Shown here: piece by piece, positions 37,130-46,756 of the stretch
Layout of the letters: each line of letters starts with the position of its first letter
Position numbering within the stretch: position 1 is the first letter of the stretch
NCBI GenBank assembly: GCA_000990325.1
Contig: LBPS01000008.1
Location: forward strand, 97 to 64,096
Source: Candidatus Nomurabacteria bacterium GW2011_GWE2_34_25
GTDB lineage: Bacteria > Patescibacteriota > Minisyncoccia > Phycocordibacterales > UBA9973
Direction of reading: 5' to 3'
DNA: 64,000 bases
The notes under the pieces: generated by a model
The model's input: the letters and a program-made list of their open reading frames with translations, nothing else
The model's database searches: none
Told to the model about the DNA's origin: nothing
Program-made: the position numbers and the translations under genes

Positions 37130-38623
37130 ATGGCACTAAATAAACCAAACAAAATCCAGATTATTAAGTATGCTCCACCACCACCAGATCTTCCAACTTT
37201 AGGTAGGGTAGATCCGAGTGATGTGACCTTTATCGGCCGTACGAATTATGTAGCTTCTTTAGAAGAAAAGAAGTTCGTTTTCGGATTCAAGCGTATTGAT
37301 CGTCGCCGTCATTTATACATTATTGGAAAGTCTGGCGTTGGTAAGTCAAAGCTTCAAGAATTGATGATTCGTCAAGATATAGCTTACGGACATGGTGTCT
37401 GTATTATTGATCCTCACGGAGAGCTTATAGAAGACATCTTGAATTTTATTCCAGAGGAGCGTATTGAAGATGTCTGTATTATTGATCCAGGAGATATAGA
37501 GTTCCCATCTTCATTTAATCCACTTGCAAATATTGATCCAACGTTCAAGCATCAACTAACCCAAGGATTGATCGAAGTTCTCCGTAAGCAATTCGGTGCC
37601 AACTGGACTCCACGTTTGGAGCACGTTTTCCGTTTTACAGTCCTAGCTCTTCTCGATTATCCGTTTGCAACAATGCGTGGGATGATTAGTATGCTTACTG
37701 ACAGAAATTATCGTCAGAAAGTAGTTGAATATATCGAAGACGACATGGTCAAACGCTTCTGGGCAATAGAATTCGCGGACTGGTCTGAGAAGTTCGATAC
37801 GGATGCCATCATCCCTTTGGTGAACAAGCTTGGGCAATTTCTTTCTGACCCAATGCTTCGAAATATTTTCGGACAAAAAGAAAACAAAATAGACCTCGAA
37901 GAAATAATGAACGGACAAAAGATTCTCTTAATCAATCTTTCCAAAGGTAAGATTGGGGAAGAGAATTCATCATTCTTCGGAGCCATGTTCCTAACGAAGA
38001 TTAAGCAAGCGGGTATGGCTCGTGCCAAGCTTGAGCCGAAAGATCGTGCGGACTTTTACTTATATGTCGATGAGTTCCAGAACATTGTTACAGATACTTT
38101 TGAAAACATTCTTTCCGAAGCTCGTAAGTACGGATTGAACCTTATTGTTGCCCACCAGTACGTCGCTCAGCTTTTACCTAAAGTTCAGCAAGCAGTTTTA
38201 GGAAATGTGGGATCTATTATTACCTTCCGTGTGGGAGGAGATGATGCGACGAAGCTCAAGCCAGAGTTTGCTCCAGTTTTCGACGTGAAAGATATGATCA
38301 ACTTAGGAGTGGGGGAATTCTATGTCAAAATGACGATAGATGGAGAGAGTTATGATCCATTTTCTGGAGAAACTTTACAAGTACTCCCCGCTACTCATCC
38401 GTCTTATAGACAAAGAATCATAGAAGCTTCTCGTCGTAAGTACTCCATACCAGCAGGTGATGCACAGAGGCTCATTGCCGAAGAAGAAGCTACTATCATC
38501 CGCAGCGCCCAAGAGAAAGCTGCTATTACAGGAAATAAAAAAGAAGAAAAAGACGAAGACGCCAATGACAATAAAAAAGAAGAAATAAAGAAAGAAGAAA
38601 AAGGAGGGGAACCATTAATATAA
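37130..38623 (+). CDS. Soluble TraD/TrwB/VirD4 (T4SS coupling protein)-like P-loop ATPase, paralog 1
   Basis: Walker A HLYIIGKSGVGKSKL, Walker B-like FYLYVDEFQNIVTD, the RKYGLNLIVAHQYVAQL motif, and no TM helices. It is paralogous to 42952-45225 and has a charged KE-rich C-terminus. Confidence 0.75.
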   Translation: MALNKPNKIQIIKYAPPPPDLPTLGRVDPSDVTFIGRTNYVASLEEKKFVFGFKRIDRRRHLYIIGKSGVGKSKLQELMIRQDIAYGHGVCIIDPHGELIEDILNFIPEERIEDVCIIDPGDIEFPSSFNPLANIDPTFKHQLTQGLIEVLRKQFGANWTPRLEHVFRFTVLALLDYPFATMRGMISMLTDRNYRQKVVEYIEDDMVKRFWAIEFADWSEKFDTDAIIPLVNKLGQFLSDPMLRNIFGQKENKIDLEEIMNGQKILLINLSKGKIGEENSSFFGAMFLTKIKQAGMARAKLEPKDRADFYLYVDEFQNIVTDTFENILSEARKYGLNLIVAHQYVAQLLPKVQQAVLGNVGSIITFRVGGDDATKLKPEFAPVFDVKDMINLGVGEFYVKMTIDGESYDPFSGETLQVLPATHPSYRQRIIEASRRKYSIPAGDAQRLIAEEEATIIRSAQEKAAITGNKKEEKDEDANDNKKEEIKKEEKGGEPLI

Positions 38624-38662
38624 TTACTGATTACAAATTACTAATTAATAATTTAAAAAATT

Positions 38663-40306
38663 ATGAAAAAGATTTGTGAACATTGCCAGAAAGAATTCAT
38701 TATTACTGATATAGAGAAATCTTTAAGTGAAAAGATTGGACTAGAATTATCTACCGTCTGTTCAAGGTGTCTTTTAAAACAGCAGTTGTCTTTTTGGTTA
38801 TTTGGTAAATTTCGTAAAAGTAAATCTGATTTATCAGGTGAGAGTTTTATAACTGTATTACCAGAAAGTCGTTATCCACTTTACTCACTAAAGGAATGGT
38901 ATAGTGATGCTTGGGATGCGATGGATTACGGAGCGAAATACAATCCAAGTGAATCATTTTTTAAACAACTACAATCTCTTCAAGAGAAAGTTCCTCACCC
39001 TCATCAAAATGGAATTAATAATACAGGATGTGATTATTGTGATGATGTTTGGAGTTGCAAGAATTGTTATTTAGCTCGATCTATGGTTGATTGTGAAGAT
39101 CTTTTATATTCTTACCGAAACATTAAGGTTAAAAATTCTATAGATGTAGCTATATGCTTTAGTTCCGAGAGATGTTTTTGTTCTCTTAATTGTATGAATT
39201 CATATAAACTTTTCTATTCTAGAGATTCAAAAGATTGCATAGATTCATATTTTCTTTTTGATTGTCGCAACTGCCAGAATTGCTTCATGTGCTGTAATTT
39301 AAGAGGGAAGAGTTATTGTATAGAGAATGTACAGTATACAAAAGAAGAATACAATGAAAAACTAAAAGATTTTAATTTAGGTTCATATTCTCAAATTAAA
39401 CTGTTTAAAGAACATTTTGAAGAAATGCTTAAAAATGTAGCAATCCATAGATTAAATTTTAATCTTAAAACTTATAATTCTACTGGTAACAATTTATTAA
39501 ATGTAAATAATTGTATAAATTGTAATACTATTTCTGATTCAGAAGATTGTGTTAATTGTACAAGAGGTACTAAAACCAAATCCTCTTTAAATTATGCTGG
39601 ATGTTTTGAAGGAGAGTTGCTAGGTAGTTGTAGTGGTTGTGTGAATGCATATAATTTGAAATATTCTTCTTGGTCTTCGTCAAGATATTCTGAATATTTG
39701 GATTTGTGTATTGACTGTGAATATTGTTTTGGCTGTGTGGGGCTTAAGAAGAAAAAGTATTGTATTTTAAACAAGCAATACACCAAAGAAGAGTATGAAA
39801 AATTAAAAGATGAAATTATAAATAAAATGAAAGAAGACGGAGAGTATGGCAAGTTCTTACCTTACTCTATGAGTCCAGGACCATTCAATTTCTCAACTAG
39901 TTATTTATATTTCCCCAATACGACCAAGGAAGAAATTTTGAAATTGGGTGGTTATTGGCAAGACATAGATGAAAGCAATATAGAGGGTATGTCCACAAGT
40001 GAATTGCCTGACTCTATAGATGATGTGGATGAAAGTATTTGTACCAAAGCATTGATTTGTCCTCTGACTGGTTGGCGTTTCAATATTTCCAACAATGAAT
40101 TAGGATTTTATAAACAGTACAATATTCCACTTCCTCGTAAGCATTTTGATGTAAGAATAAAAGATCTGTTGAAATATTCAACTGTACTAGAAACAACTCC
40201 ATATAATTGTTATTATTGCAAAAACAAAATAGAAGCTTTTTATCCGAGTGAATGGGGGTACAAGAATATTGCTTGCGAAAGTTGTTATCAACAGAATTTA
40301 AACTAA
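38663..40306 (+). CDS. Cys-rich repeat protein with terminal zinc ribbons (paralog 3 of 4, more divergent)
   Basis: 547 aa. N-terminal CEHCQKEFII...VCSRCL, internal CRNCQNCFMCCNLRGKSYCIENVQYTKEEYNEKL and CEYCFGCVGLKKKKYCILNKQYTKEEYEKL repeats, and a C-terminal ...NIACESCYQQNLN. It starts 40 bp after the ATPase at 37130. Confidence 0.75.
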   Translation: MKKICEHCQKEFIITDIEKSLSEKIGLELSTVCSRCLLKQQLSFWLFGKFRKSKSDLSGESFITVLPESRYPLYSLKEWYSDAWDAMDYGAKYNPSESFFKQLQSLQEKVPHPHQNGINNTGCDYCDDVWSCKNCYLARSMVDCEDLLYSYRNIKVKNSIDVAICFSSERCFCSLNCMNSYKLFYSRDSKDCIDSYFLFDCRNCQNCFMCCNLRGKSYCIENVQYTKEEYNEKLKDFNLGSYSQIKLFKEHFEEMLKNVAIHRLNFNLKTYNSTGNNLLNVNNCINCNTISDSEDCVNCTRGTKTKSSLNYAGCFEGELLGSCSGCVNAYNLKYSSWSSSRYSEYLDLCIDCEYCFGCVGLKKKKYCILNKQYTKEEYEKLKDEIINKMKEDGEYGKFLPYSMSPGPFNFSTSYLYFPNTTKEEILKLGGYWQDIDESNIEGMSTSELPDSIDDVDESICTKALICPLTGWRFNISNNELGFYKQYNIPLPRKHFDVRIKDLLKYSTVLETTPYNCYYCKNKIEAFYPSEWGYKNIACESCYQQNLN

Positions 40307-40311
40307 ACATA

Positions 40312-40345
40312 CACAGGTCTGACCTGTGACAGGTTGCATTTTTAT
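40312..40345 (+). terminator. Hairpin cacaggtc-tg-acctgtg followed by T-run
   Basis: It sits directly after the stop of 38663-40306, with gcattttta downstream. Confidence 0.55.
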
Positions 40346-40424
40346 TATATTGTGTTATAGTTTGAGCAAAATTTATCTTTGAAATATAACCAAAATCACC
40401 CACAAAGGAGGGGTTATTCACCAT

Positions 40425-41285
40425 ATGAGACAATTAAAGATTACAAAATCGATCACAATGCGCGAGAGCGCTTCCCTGGACAAGTATTTACAAGAGATTG
40501 AGAAAGAAGAACTTGTAACTCTTGAGGAAGAAGTGGAGTTAGCCCAGCGGATAAAAAAGGGTGATCGGGTAGCACTGGAGAAACTTACAAGAGCAAACTT
40601 GCGTTTCGTAGTTTCTGTAGCTAAACAGTACCAGAATCAGGGATTAAGTTTACCCGACCTTATCAATGAAGGTAATCTGGGATTGATTAAAGCCGCCGAG
40701 AAGTTTGATGAAACCAGAGGGTTCAAATTTATTTCCTATGCTGTATGGTGGATTCGTCAATCCATTTTGCAGGCATTGGCCGAGCAATCCAGAATTGTGC
40801 GGTTGCCTTTGAATCAACTTGGTTCGTTGAACAAAATCAACAAGGCATTTTCCAAACTGGAACAGGAGTATGAACGAAAGCCGACACCCGATGAGCTTGC
40901 CGAATCATTAGATCTCCCTGCCGACAAAGTGGCTGATACCCTTCGTATTTCAGGCCGTCATATTTCTTTTAATGCTCCTTTTGTTGAAGGAGAAGATAAC
41001 AGTTTGTTGGATGTTTTAATCAACAACGATTCGCCAAATGCTGACAGAGGTTTAATGATGGAGTCATTGGCCAGAGAAATTAAACGAGCTTTGGCAACTT
41101 TAACTGAACGGGAAAGCGATATTATTCGGTTCTTCTTCGGAATTGGCTGCCAGGCAATGACCCTTGAAGAAATTGGTGAACGTTTTGGACTAACCCGGGA
41201 ACGTGTACGTCAGATGAAGGAAAAAGCAATTCGCCGGTTAAGACACAGCTCAAGAAGTAAATTATTAAAAACATATCTCGGATAA
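40425..41285 (+). CDS. Compact 286-aa primary-type sigma-70 factor lacking region 1.1 (Bacteroidetes sigma-A-like)
   Basis: [11 protein letters not shown]... N-terminus, region 2 ([27 protein letters not shown]) and region 4 ([20 protein letters not shown]). The length and N-terminus match what I recall of the unusual Bacteroidetes primary sigma. The gene is visibly more G+C-rich than its neighbours. Confidence 0.8.
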   Translation: MRQLKITKSITMRESASLDKYLQEIEKEELVTLEEEVELAQRIKKGDRVALEKLTRANLRFVVSVAKQYQNQGLSLPDLINEGNLGLIKAAEKFDETRGFKFISYAVWWIRQSILQALAEQSRIVRLPLNQLGSLNKINKAFSKLEQEYERKPTPDELAESLDLPADKVADTLRISGRHISFNAPFVEGEDNSLLDVLINNDSPNADRGLMMESLAREIKRALATLTERESDIIRFFFGIGCQAMTLEEIGERFGLTRERVRQMKEKAIRRLRHSSRSKLLKTYLG

Positions 41286-41296
41286 CGAGATATTAG

Positions 41297-41330
41297 GAGG
41301 GATTCTCACTACATGGGAATCCCTCTTTTT
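41297..41330 (+). terminator. Rho-independent terminator gagggattc-tcactacatg-ggaatccctc + TTTTT
   Basis: A perfect 9-bp stem followed by a T5 run, right after the sigma gene. Confidence 0.75.
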
Positions 41331-41398
41331 GTTTACAAATTCAAGGAGAGTGTTACAATTATATTGTAAAGGTCGTAGTTAGCTTATCTATATATTTT

Positions 41399-41704
41399 AT
41401 GGTTTTTATATATACAACGTGTGAAAATATGGAAGAGGCAAAGAAACTAGGCGGACTTATAATAGATCAGAAGATCGCCGCTTGTGTAGATTTCTGGTCA
41501 ATATCATCTTGTTATAATTGGGAGGGGGAGTCAAAATGCGTAGAACAAGCCATGCTCCTTATTACAACCTTTGAAGCGAAGCTTGATGCTGTGAATCAGA
41601 TAATTTCTGAGAATCATACTTACAGTGTCCCTCTTATTGCTGGGGTCGATGTTCGTCGTATTAATCACCCTTACAAAGAATGGATGATGAAAGAAATAGT
41701 TTAA
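41399..41704 (+). CDS. cutA: Divalent-cation tolerance protein CutA
   Basis: About 100 aa with AACVDFWSISSCYNWEGE...HPYKEW, the CutA1 signature. Confidence 0.75.
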   Translation: MVFIYTTCENMEEAKKLGGLIIDQKIAACVDFWSISSCYNWEGESKCVEQAMLLITTFEAKLDAVNQIISENHTYSVPLIAGVDVRRINHPYKEWMMKEIV

Positions 41705-41705
41705 A

Positions 41706-42137
41706 ATGCCTGACCTTACTAATCAAAAGAAAATATTAATCTTCGGCGTTTTCGATGGTGTCCACGAAGGACATCTTTCTTTTATAAATGAAGCGAGGGA
41801 GCAAGGCAGTCAGCTTGTAGCTATTGTCACTCGCGATAGTATGGTAGAGAAGATGAAAGGTAAGCTTCCTAAATATAATGAAGTAGAAAGAATCAAAAAT
41901 CTTTTAGAAATTCCCGAAGTCGATAGGGTACTCTTGGGCGACTTAGATATGGGTACATATAATATTTTAAAAGAAGTTGCTCCTGATATTGTATTCCTAG
42001 GTTACGATCAGAATGAATTATTTGATGATTTGAATTTAAAAATAAAAGAAGGGTATTTAAATAATATAGAAATTTTACAAGGCAGTCCCCACAAAGCAGA
42101 TACTCACCATTCTTCAATTTTGAATAAAAAAAGTTAG
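41706..42137 (+). CDS. Cytidylyltransferase-fold nucleotidyltransferase (archaeal RibL-type FAD synthase-like)
   Basis: The HxGH motif GVFDGVHEGH, and IVTRDSMVEKMKGKLPKYNEVERIKNLLEIPEVDRVLLGD...PDIVFLGYDQ, which resembles the RibL/GCT family. Confidence 0.6.
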   Translation: MPDLTNQKKILIFGVFDGVHEGHLSFINEAREQGSQLVAIVTRDSMVEKMKGKLPKYNEVERIKNLLEIPEVDRVLLGDLDMGTYNILKEVAPDIVFLGYDQNELFDDLNLKIKEGYLNNIEILQGSPHKADTHHSSILNKKS

Positions 42138-42276
42138 TTTACATATTTCAGTTATGACTGAGATATGTATTTTAAATAAATAGATAAAAAGATAGCCCGG
42201 AACAGTATGTCGTCCGGGCTAAACTCAATTAAAAAACATTACGAACTTATCGAACGTTTCGGCATGCAGTAGTGAA

Positions 42277-42738
42277 TCAAGTAATACTGTTTCCGCCGGC
42301 CAAATTTTCCATGCAAGCGCTGGTCATCAATGCTTTGAGTACATGGCATCCAGATCCATCCCTCAGGTTAGTAGCAACGGCATCATCCACGAAAGTTGTA
42401 AAATTAACACAATTATTACTTGCCAAAAATTGAACAGGTGGTTTGGTTTGTAACACCATAGAAGAAATAACTACACCAGGAGATAGTTCTTGGTTAGCAG
42501 TTTTTAGGATCACTTCATTCGCAACAGTAGCATTTTCCACTCTGGCAGTCGTCTGTGGTAATACTACAACCGGTAAGCTTATTTCCGGAGAAGCAACGGT
42601 CATATCCACTACTACAAAGTGCTTAGCAGGTGGAGATGAATTTGAAGAGCTTGCAATCCCTTTGTTATTTGAAAGCAACACAATACTGGTCACAATCATA
42701 ATAACAAGCATAAGAAAACGACTGAACGATTTCTTCAT
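42277..42738 (-). CDS. Hypothetical secreted protein (signal peptide), G+C-richer than genome background
   Basis: An N-terminal hydrophobic signal segment (MKKSFSRFLMLVIMIVTSIVLL) and no recognisable domain. Confidence 0.45.
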   Translation of the reverse strand: MKKSFSRFLMLVIMIVTSIVLLSNNKGIASSSNSSPPAKHFVVVDMTVASPEISLPVVVLPQTTARVENATVANEVILKTANQELSPGVVISSMVLQTKPPVQFLASNNCVNFTTFVDDAVATNLRDGSGCHVLKALMTSACMENLAGGNSIT

Positions 42739-42878
42739 GTTAATGATTTTAAATGTTAGAAAACAGTACATAATCATCAGTAGATTTCCTAGGTCTACGT
42801 GTATTATGATTATTTATTTTTTCAAATTAAGGATATCATATCTATATAATTCTTGTCAAATATTTTTGGTGGATAAAT

Positions 42879-42909
42879 GTTTAGGGTTTTGCGAAGCAAA
42901 ACCCTAAAC
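42879..42909. promoter_or_regulatory. 31-bp perfect palindrome gtttagggttttgc-gaa-gcaaaaccctaaac upstream of the second ATPase gene
   Basis: A 14-bp perfect stem with a 3-nt loop, located about 45 bp upstream of the start at 42952, between divergent genes. Confidence 0.5.
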
Positions 42910-42951
42910 CCTTTTGTAAATTTATAATTAAAGGTATAATATATTCATATC

Positions 42952-45225
42952 ATGGAAAATGAAATTCCACACAATCGTGACATAACATACTTTGCTAAGA
43001 CGAATTTTCGTAATAGTGACAATATTTTCGGTATTAAGCGTAAGGATCGTCGTCAGCATATGTACATTCTCGGAAAGTCAGGTACTGGTAAGTCTGTTTT
43101 ACTCTCAAATCTAATTGTTCAAAATATCCAAAATGGTGAAGGTGTTTGTGTTGTCGATCCTCACGGAGAGCTTGTCGAAGAAGTCCTGCATCTTATCCCA
43201 GAACACAGAAAGAAAGATGTTATTTATTTCAATCCTGCCGATACTGAATTCCACATAGGGTTCAACGTCATCCAGCTCGATGATCCAAAGTACAAGCACT
43301 TGGTAGCTTCAGGACTCATGGGTATCTTCACGAAGATTTGGGCCAATGCTTGGAGTTCTCGTATGGAGTACATTTTGAACAATGCGATTCTAGCCCTGCT
43401 CGACACCCCAGGTACGACTCTTCTCGGTATTCCACGTCTCTTAGTCGACAAAGATTATCGTCAAATGATCATTGGTAATTTAAAAGATCCAGTTGTGAAA
43501 GCTTTCTGGGTTCACGAGTACGAGCAGTGGCGTGAGCAGTTCAGAAATGAAGCCATCGCGCCGATTCAGAACAAGGTTGGGCAATTCCTCTCCACTTCGA
43601 TTATTCGTAATGTTGTCGGTCAGCCGAAGTCAACGATAGATATTTTCAAAATAATGAACGAAGGCAAGATCTTCCTTGTCAATGTTTCCAAGGGGCGTAT
43701 CGGTGAGGACAATTCAGCTTTGCTTGGAGGTATGATTATTACCAAGATCCAGCTTGCCGCCATGGAGCGTGTGCGTATTCCCGAGGACGAACGTAAAGAT
43801 TTCTATTTATATGTCGACGAATTTCAAAACTTTGCGACTGATTCATTTGCGAACATTCTCTCAGAAGCTCGTAAGTATCGTTTGAATCTGACAGTTGCTC
43901 ACCAGTACACTGCTCAACTTGAGAACAAAGATGGATCGAAGGTTCGTGATGCTGTCTTCGGTAACGTCGGAACCATGATTATTTTCCGTGTTGGTGCGGA
44001 CGACGCAGATTTTCTTGAAAAAGAATTTGAGCCAGAATTCATGGCTCAAGACTTAGTAAACTTACCGAACTTTCACGTTTATCTAAAGCTTATGATAGAT
44101 GGTATTACTAGTCGTCCCTTTTCTGCTTCGACTCTTCCTCCCCTTAAAGTTGATCCGACTTCAGGTGTGAAAGATGCAATCATAGCTTCTTCTCGTAAGC
44201 TTTACACTCGCTCTCGTCAAGAAGTTGAAGATGAAATCTCCAGATGGAGTGGAATGCTTCAAGTGGGTGATGGAGAAGCAAAGTACAAGGCTGACTGTTC
44301 TAATTGTGGCAAGGTTACAATGGTTCCTTTTGAACCTCAGGAAGGCAGACCTGTTTATTGTAAAGAATGTATGTTCAAGATAAAGAGTGGCGAGCTCAAG
44401 CCCGATAGTGGTTTTATTGCTTCTCGTTCTTCTCGCCAAGAAGAGAAAGTTTCAACTGCACCTTTGGCTGCTTTAGGTATAGAATTTGCTGTGACTGATA
44501 CAAACTTTAGAGTTTCAAAGAATCAAGAGCAGACGAATCCGAAAATACCAGAAAGAATTGACAGAAATATTAATACAAATAATAATACCAATAACAATCA
44601 TTACAATAATCATCAGTCGGATACAAATAGGAATCATTTTGTGAAAAATGAAAGGAAGCATTCAGGACCCTCACCACTTTTGAAAGGGTTATTGCAAAAG
44701 ATTGGTATGGGTAATAATAAAGGAGAAGCATCTTCTGTCCCCGAAGCAACAGAAATTAAAAAAGAAGTTCCAGCTCCTATATCTCTCTCTTCACTTAAGA
44801 AAGACACGATAAAAGATGTGAGGAAAGAATTCGTAGCCCCTGTCAAAGAAGCGACAGAGGAAAAGAAAGCATCACTTAAAGACTTGCTTGCAAAGACCGT
44901 AAATCATCATCACGAAGAGCATATTGTCGAAGTCGCCTCGAGGGCGGCAGTCAGAGAAGGCGGGAAGGAAGAGGAAGTTCCTGAAGTTAAAGAAGTAATT
45001 CCTGAAAAGAAAATTGAAATAATAGAAACAAAACCTGAAGTTAAAGAAGAAATATTTATACCTAAAGTAGAGGAAGTCCCTGTAGCACCTCCTTCTGTAC
45101 CATTGCCTCCTAAAAAAGAAGAGATAAAATCGGGTGGAGATGATATTGCGGATTCTCTTGCTTGGCAGAAACGTCAAGTGAAGAAGGAAGTTCCAGAAGA
45201 TGTGCTCCGTAAAGTCTTAGAATAA
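42952..45225 (+). CDS. Soluble TraD/VirD4-like P-loop ATPase, paralog 2, with C-terminal zinc ribbon and long low-complexity tail
   Basis: Walker A HMYILGKSGTGKSVL, FYLYVDEFQNFATD, and RKYRLNLTVAHQYTAQL. A C-terminal CSNCGKVTMVPFEPQEGRPVYCKECMF zinc ribbon is followed by N-rich and KE/P-rich low-complexity sequence. Confidence 0.75.
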   Translation: MENEIPHNRDITYFAKTNFRNSDNIFGIKRKDRRQHMYILGKSGTGKSVLLSNLIVQNIQNGEGVCVVDPHGELVEEVLHLIPEHRKKDVIYFNPADTEFHIGFNVIQLDDPKYKHLVASGLMGIFTKIWANAWSSRMEYILNNAILALLDTPGTTLLGIPRLLVDKDYRQMIIGNLKDPVVKAFWVHEYEQWREQFRNEAIAPIQNKVGQFLSTSIIRNVVGQPKSTIDIFKIMNEGKIFLVNVSKGRIGEDNSALLGGMIITKIQLAAMERVRIPEDERKDFYLYVDEFQNFATDSFANILSEARKYRLNLTVAHQYTAQLENKDGSKVRDAVFGNVGTMIIFRVGADDADFLEKEFEPEFMAQDLVNLPNFHVYLKLMIDGITSRPFSASTLPPLKVDPTSGVKDAIIASSRKLYTRSRQEVEDEISRWSGMLQVGDGEAKYKADCSNCGKVTMVPFEPQEGRPVYCKECMFKIKSGELKPDSGFIASRSSRQEEKVSTAPLAALGIEFAVTDTNFRVSKNQEQTNPKIPERIDRNINTNNNTNNNHYNNHQSDTNRNHFVKNERKHSGPSPLLKGLLQKIGMGNNKGEASSVPEATEIKKEVPAPISLSSLKKDTIKDVRKEFVAPVKEATEEKKASLKDLLAKTVNHHHEEHIVEVASRAAVREGGKEEEVPEVKEVIPEKKIEIIETKPEVKEEIFIPKVEEVPVAPPSVPLPPKKEEIKSGGDDIADSLAWQKRQVKKEVPEDVLRKVLE

Positions 45226-45234
45226 TTTATTTTT

Positions 45235-46626
45235 ATGATTATAAAAAGAATCAAATATTCCGTAATTTTTATTGTAATGCTTTTTGCTTTTTCACACTTA
45301 GCACAAGCTAATCTTGAAATTACCGAAGTGAATTATAATCCAGCAGTTAAAGCTAATCATCTTTGGATAAAAATTTTCAATAATACAACCGATGAGGTTG
45401 ACCTTACTATGTGGTCTGTATCAGATTATGATGGTACTTCATGGCACCATCATGCTATTAATGCAGATGGTTCTTCATTTTTATCTCCCAACTCGTATGC
45501 GATAGTGGCGAAAGCATCTTCTACCACTATTGATGATTTTAAAAGTAAAAATCCTGAAATTTCAGATATGTTATTTTATGGTAATTTAACTATTGAAAAC
45601 GAGGGGGTGTTAGGACTTAGCAATGACAAAAAGACCATTATTAGCAATAAATCATATGGTGGAGCTATTGTACCCTCAGATACAAATTCGGACAGCAATG
45701 CCAGTGATACAAGTAGCACCAGCACAAGTGGAAGTGTTTCAAGTTCTAGTTCATCAAAAGAAGAAACCAAAGTTTATAACATAACAACGAAGATTATTTC
45801 TCCGAAAATTGTAACTGCAGGAGTACCTTTCACTCTTGATCACAATACAACAGGCATAAAGAAGGAAAAGATTATCCTAGGTAAATTCGTTTGGAATTTT
45901 GGAGATGGTATGAAAAAAGAGGGAATTACTTCCGATCCATTTTCTTATATTTATCAGTATCCAGGTGAGTATGTTTTAACTCTTTCATATTCTGGTTCTT
46001 CTTTTAGTGCAAAACCAGATGCGACCGATAGGCTTATAGTAAAAGTTATCTCCTCTGGTATTGTTATAAGTTCAGTTGGTACATTTGCCGACCCGTATAT
46101 AGAAATAGAGAATAATTCAAACTATGAAATGTCTATGAGTAATTTTATTATAAAAGGCAGTGTTCATTATTTTATAATTCCAAACGGTATGATGATACTT
46201 CCTAAGAGCAAATTAAAATTATCCCCTAGAATCACTGGTTTTGATATCAATGATTTGACTTCTATTTCTATTATTGACACTTCTGGGCAGATTTTCGCGA
46301 CTTATCCAAACAAAGTAGCATCAACAATAAAATATTCAACAAGTAAAAATATAAATAATGTCACGTCTGAAAATATTGTAAAGTCAGATATTGCCACCGA
46401 CAATCAGAATGGAAATCCTAACAACGTTATAGATTTGAATAACCTTGGTGTCAGTGCTGTAAATTCAAAAGAGTTTAATTTAAGCAAAGGGGCTTATGCT
46501 TGGTTTGGGCTTGCTGTAATTCTTATCATTGGTATTGCAAGTGTAATTCTTATTCGTCGTAAGGAAGAAATTCCTGACTATGTGGAAGAGACGATAAGTG
46601 CCAAAGACATAACGATAATAGAGTAG
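45235..46626 (+). CDS. Secreted, C-terminally membrane-anchored surface protein with two lamin-tail domains (LTD) flanking a PKD-like domain
   Basis: A signal peptide; LTD-like ITEVNYNPAV...VDLTMWSVSD...SYAIVAK; the PKD signature FVWNFGDG...YIYQYPGEYVLTLS; a second LTD-like segment (YIEIENNSNYEMSMSNFIIKG); and a C-terminal TM helix followed by RRKEE. It starts 10 bp after the ATPase stop. Confidence 0.7.
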   Translation: MIIKRIKYSVIFIVMLFAFSHLAQANLEITEVNYNPAVKANHLWIKIFNNTTDEVDLTMWSVSDYDGTSWHHHAINADGSSFLSPNSYAIVAKASSTTIDDFKSKNPEISDMLFYGNLTIENEGVLGLSNDKKTIISNKSYGGAIVPSDTNSDSNASDTSSTSTSGSVSSSSSSKEETKVYNITTKIISPKIVTAGVPFTLDHNTTGIKKEKIILGKFVWNFGDGMKKEGITSDPFSYIYQYPGEYVLTLSYSGSSFSAKPDATDRLIVKVISSGIVISSVGTFADPYIEIENNSNYEMSMSNFIIKGSVHYFIIPNGMMILPKSKLKLSPRITGFDINDLTSISIIDTSGQIFATYPNKVASTIKYSTSKNINNVTSENIVKSDIATDNQNGNPNNVIDLNNLGVSAVNSKEFNLSKGAYAWFGLAVILIIGIASVILIRRKEEIPDYVEETISAKDITIIE

Positions 46627-46648
46627 CTAGTCACATAGCCACAAGTTA

Positions 46649-46669
46649 GCCACAAGTCCGACTTGTGGC
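46649..46669 (+). terminator. Hairpin gccacaagt-ccg-acttgtggc (shares the AAGTCCGACTT core with the hairpin at 7276)
   Basis: A perfect 9-bp stem with a ccg loop, 23 bp after the LTD gene stop. Confidence 0.5.
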
Positions 46670-46756
46670 TAGAATATAGACAAAGTAACATTAAAACTGT
46701 AAGCTTAATTTATAATTATAATATAAAGACTCCAGCAAGGCTGGTAAAATAATAAA

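Noticed and set aside
42443-42907. 154-aa + strand ORF overlapping the minus-strand secreted-protein gene
   Set aside because: It lies antisense to an ORF with a clear signal peptide and ends in the intergenic palindrome. No motifs.
44872-45177. Antisense 101-aa ORF (FR-rich) within the low-complexity tail of ATPase 2
   Set aside because: It is the mirror translation of a KE/P-rich coding repeat, which is a classic antisense artefact.
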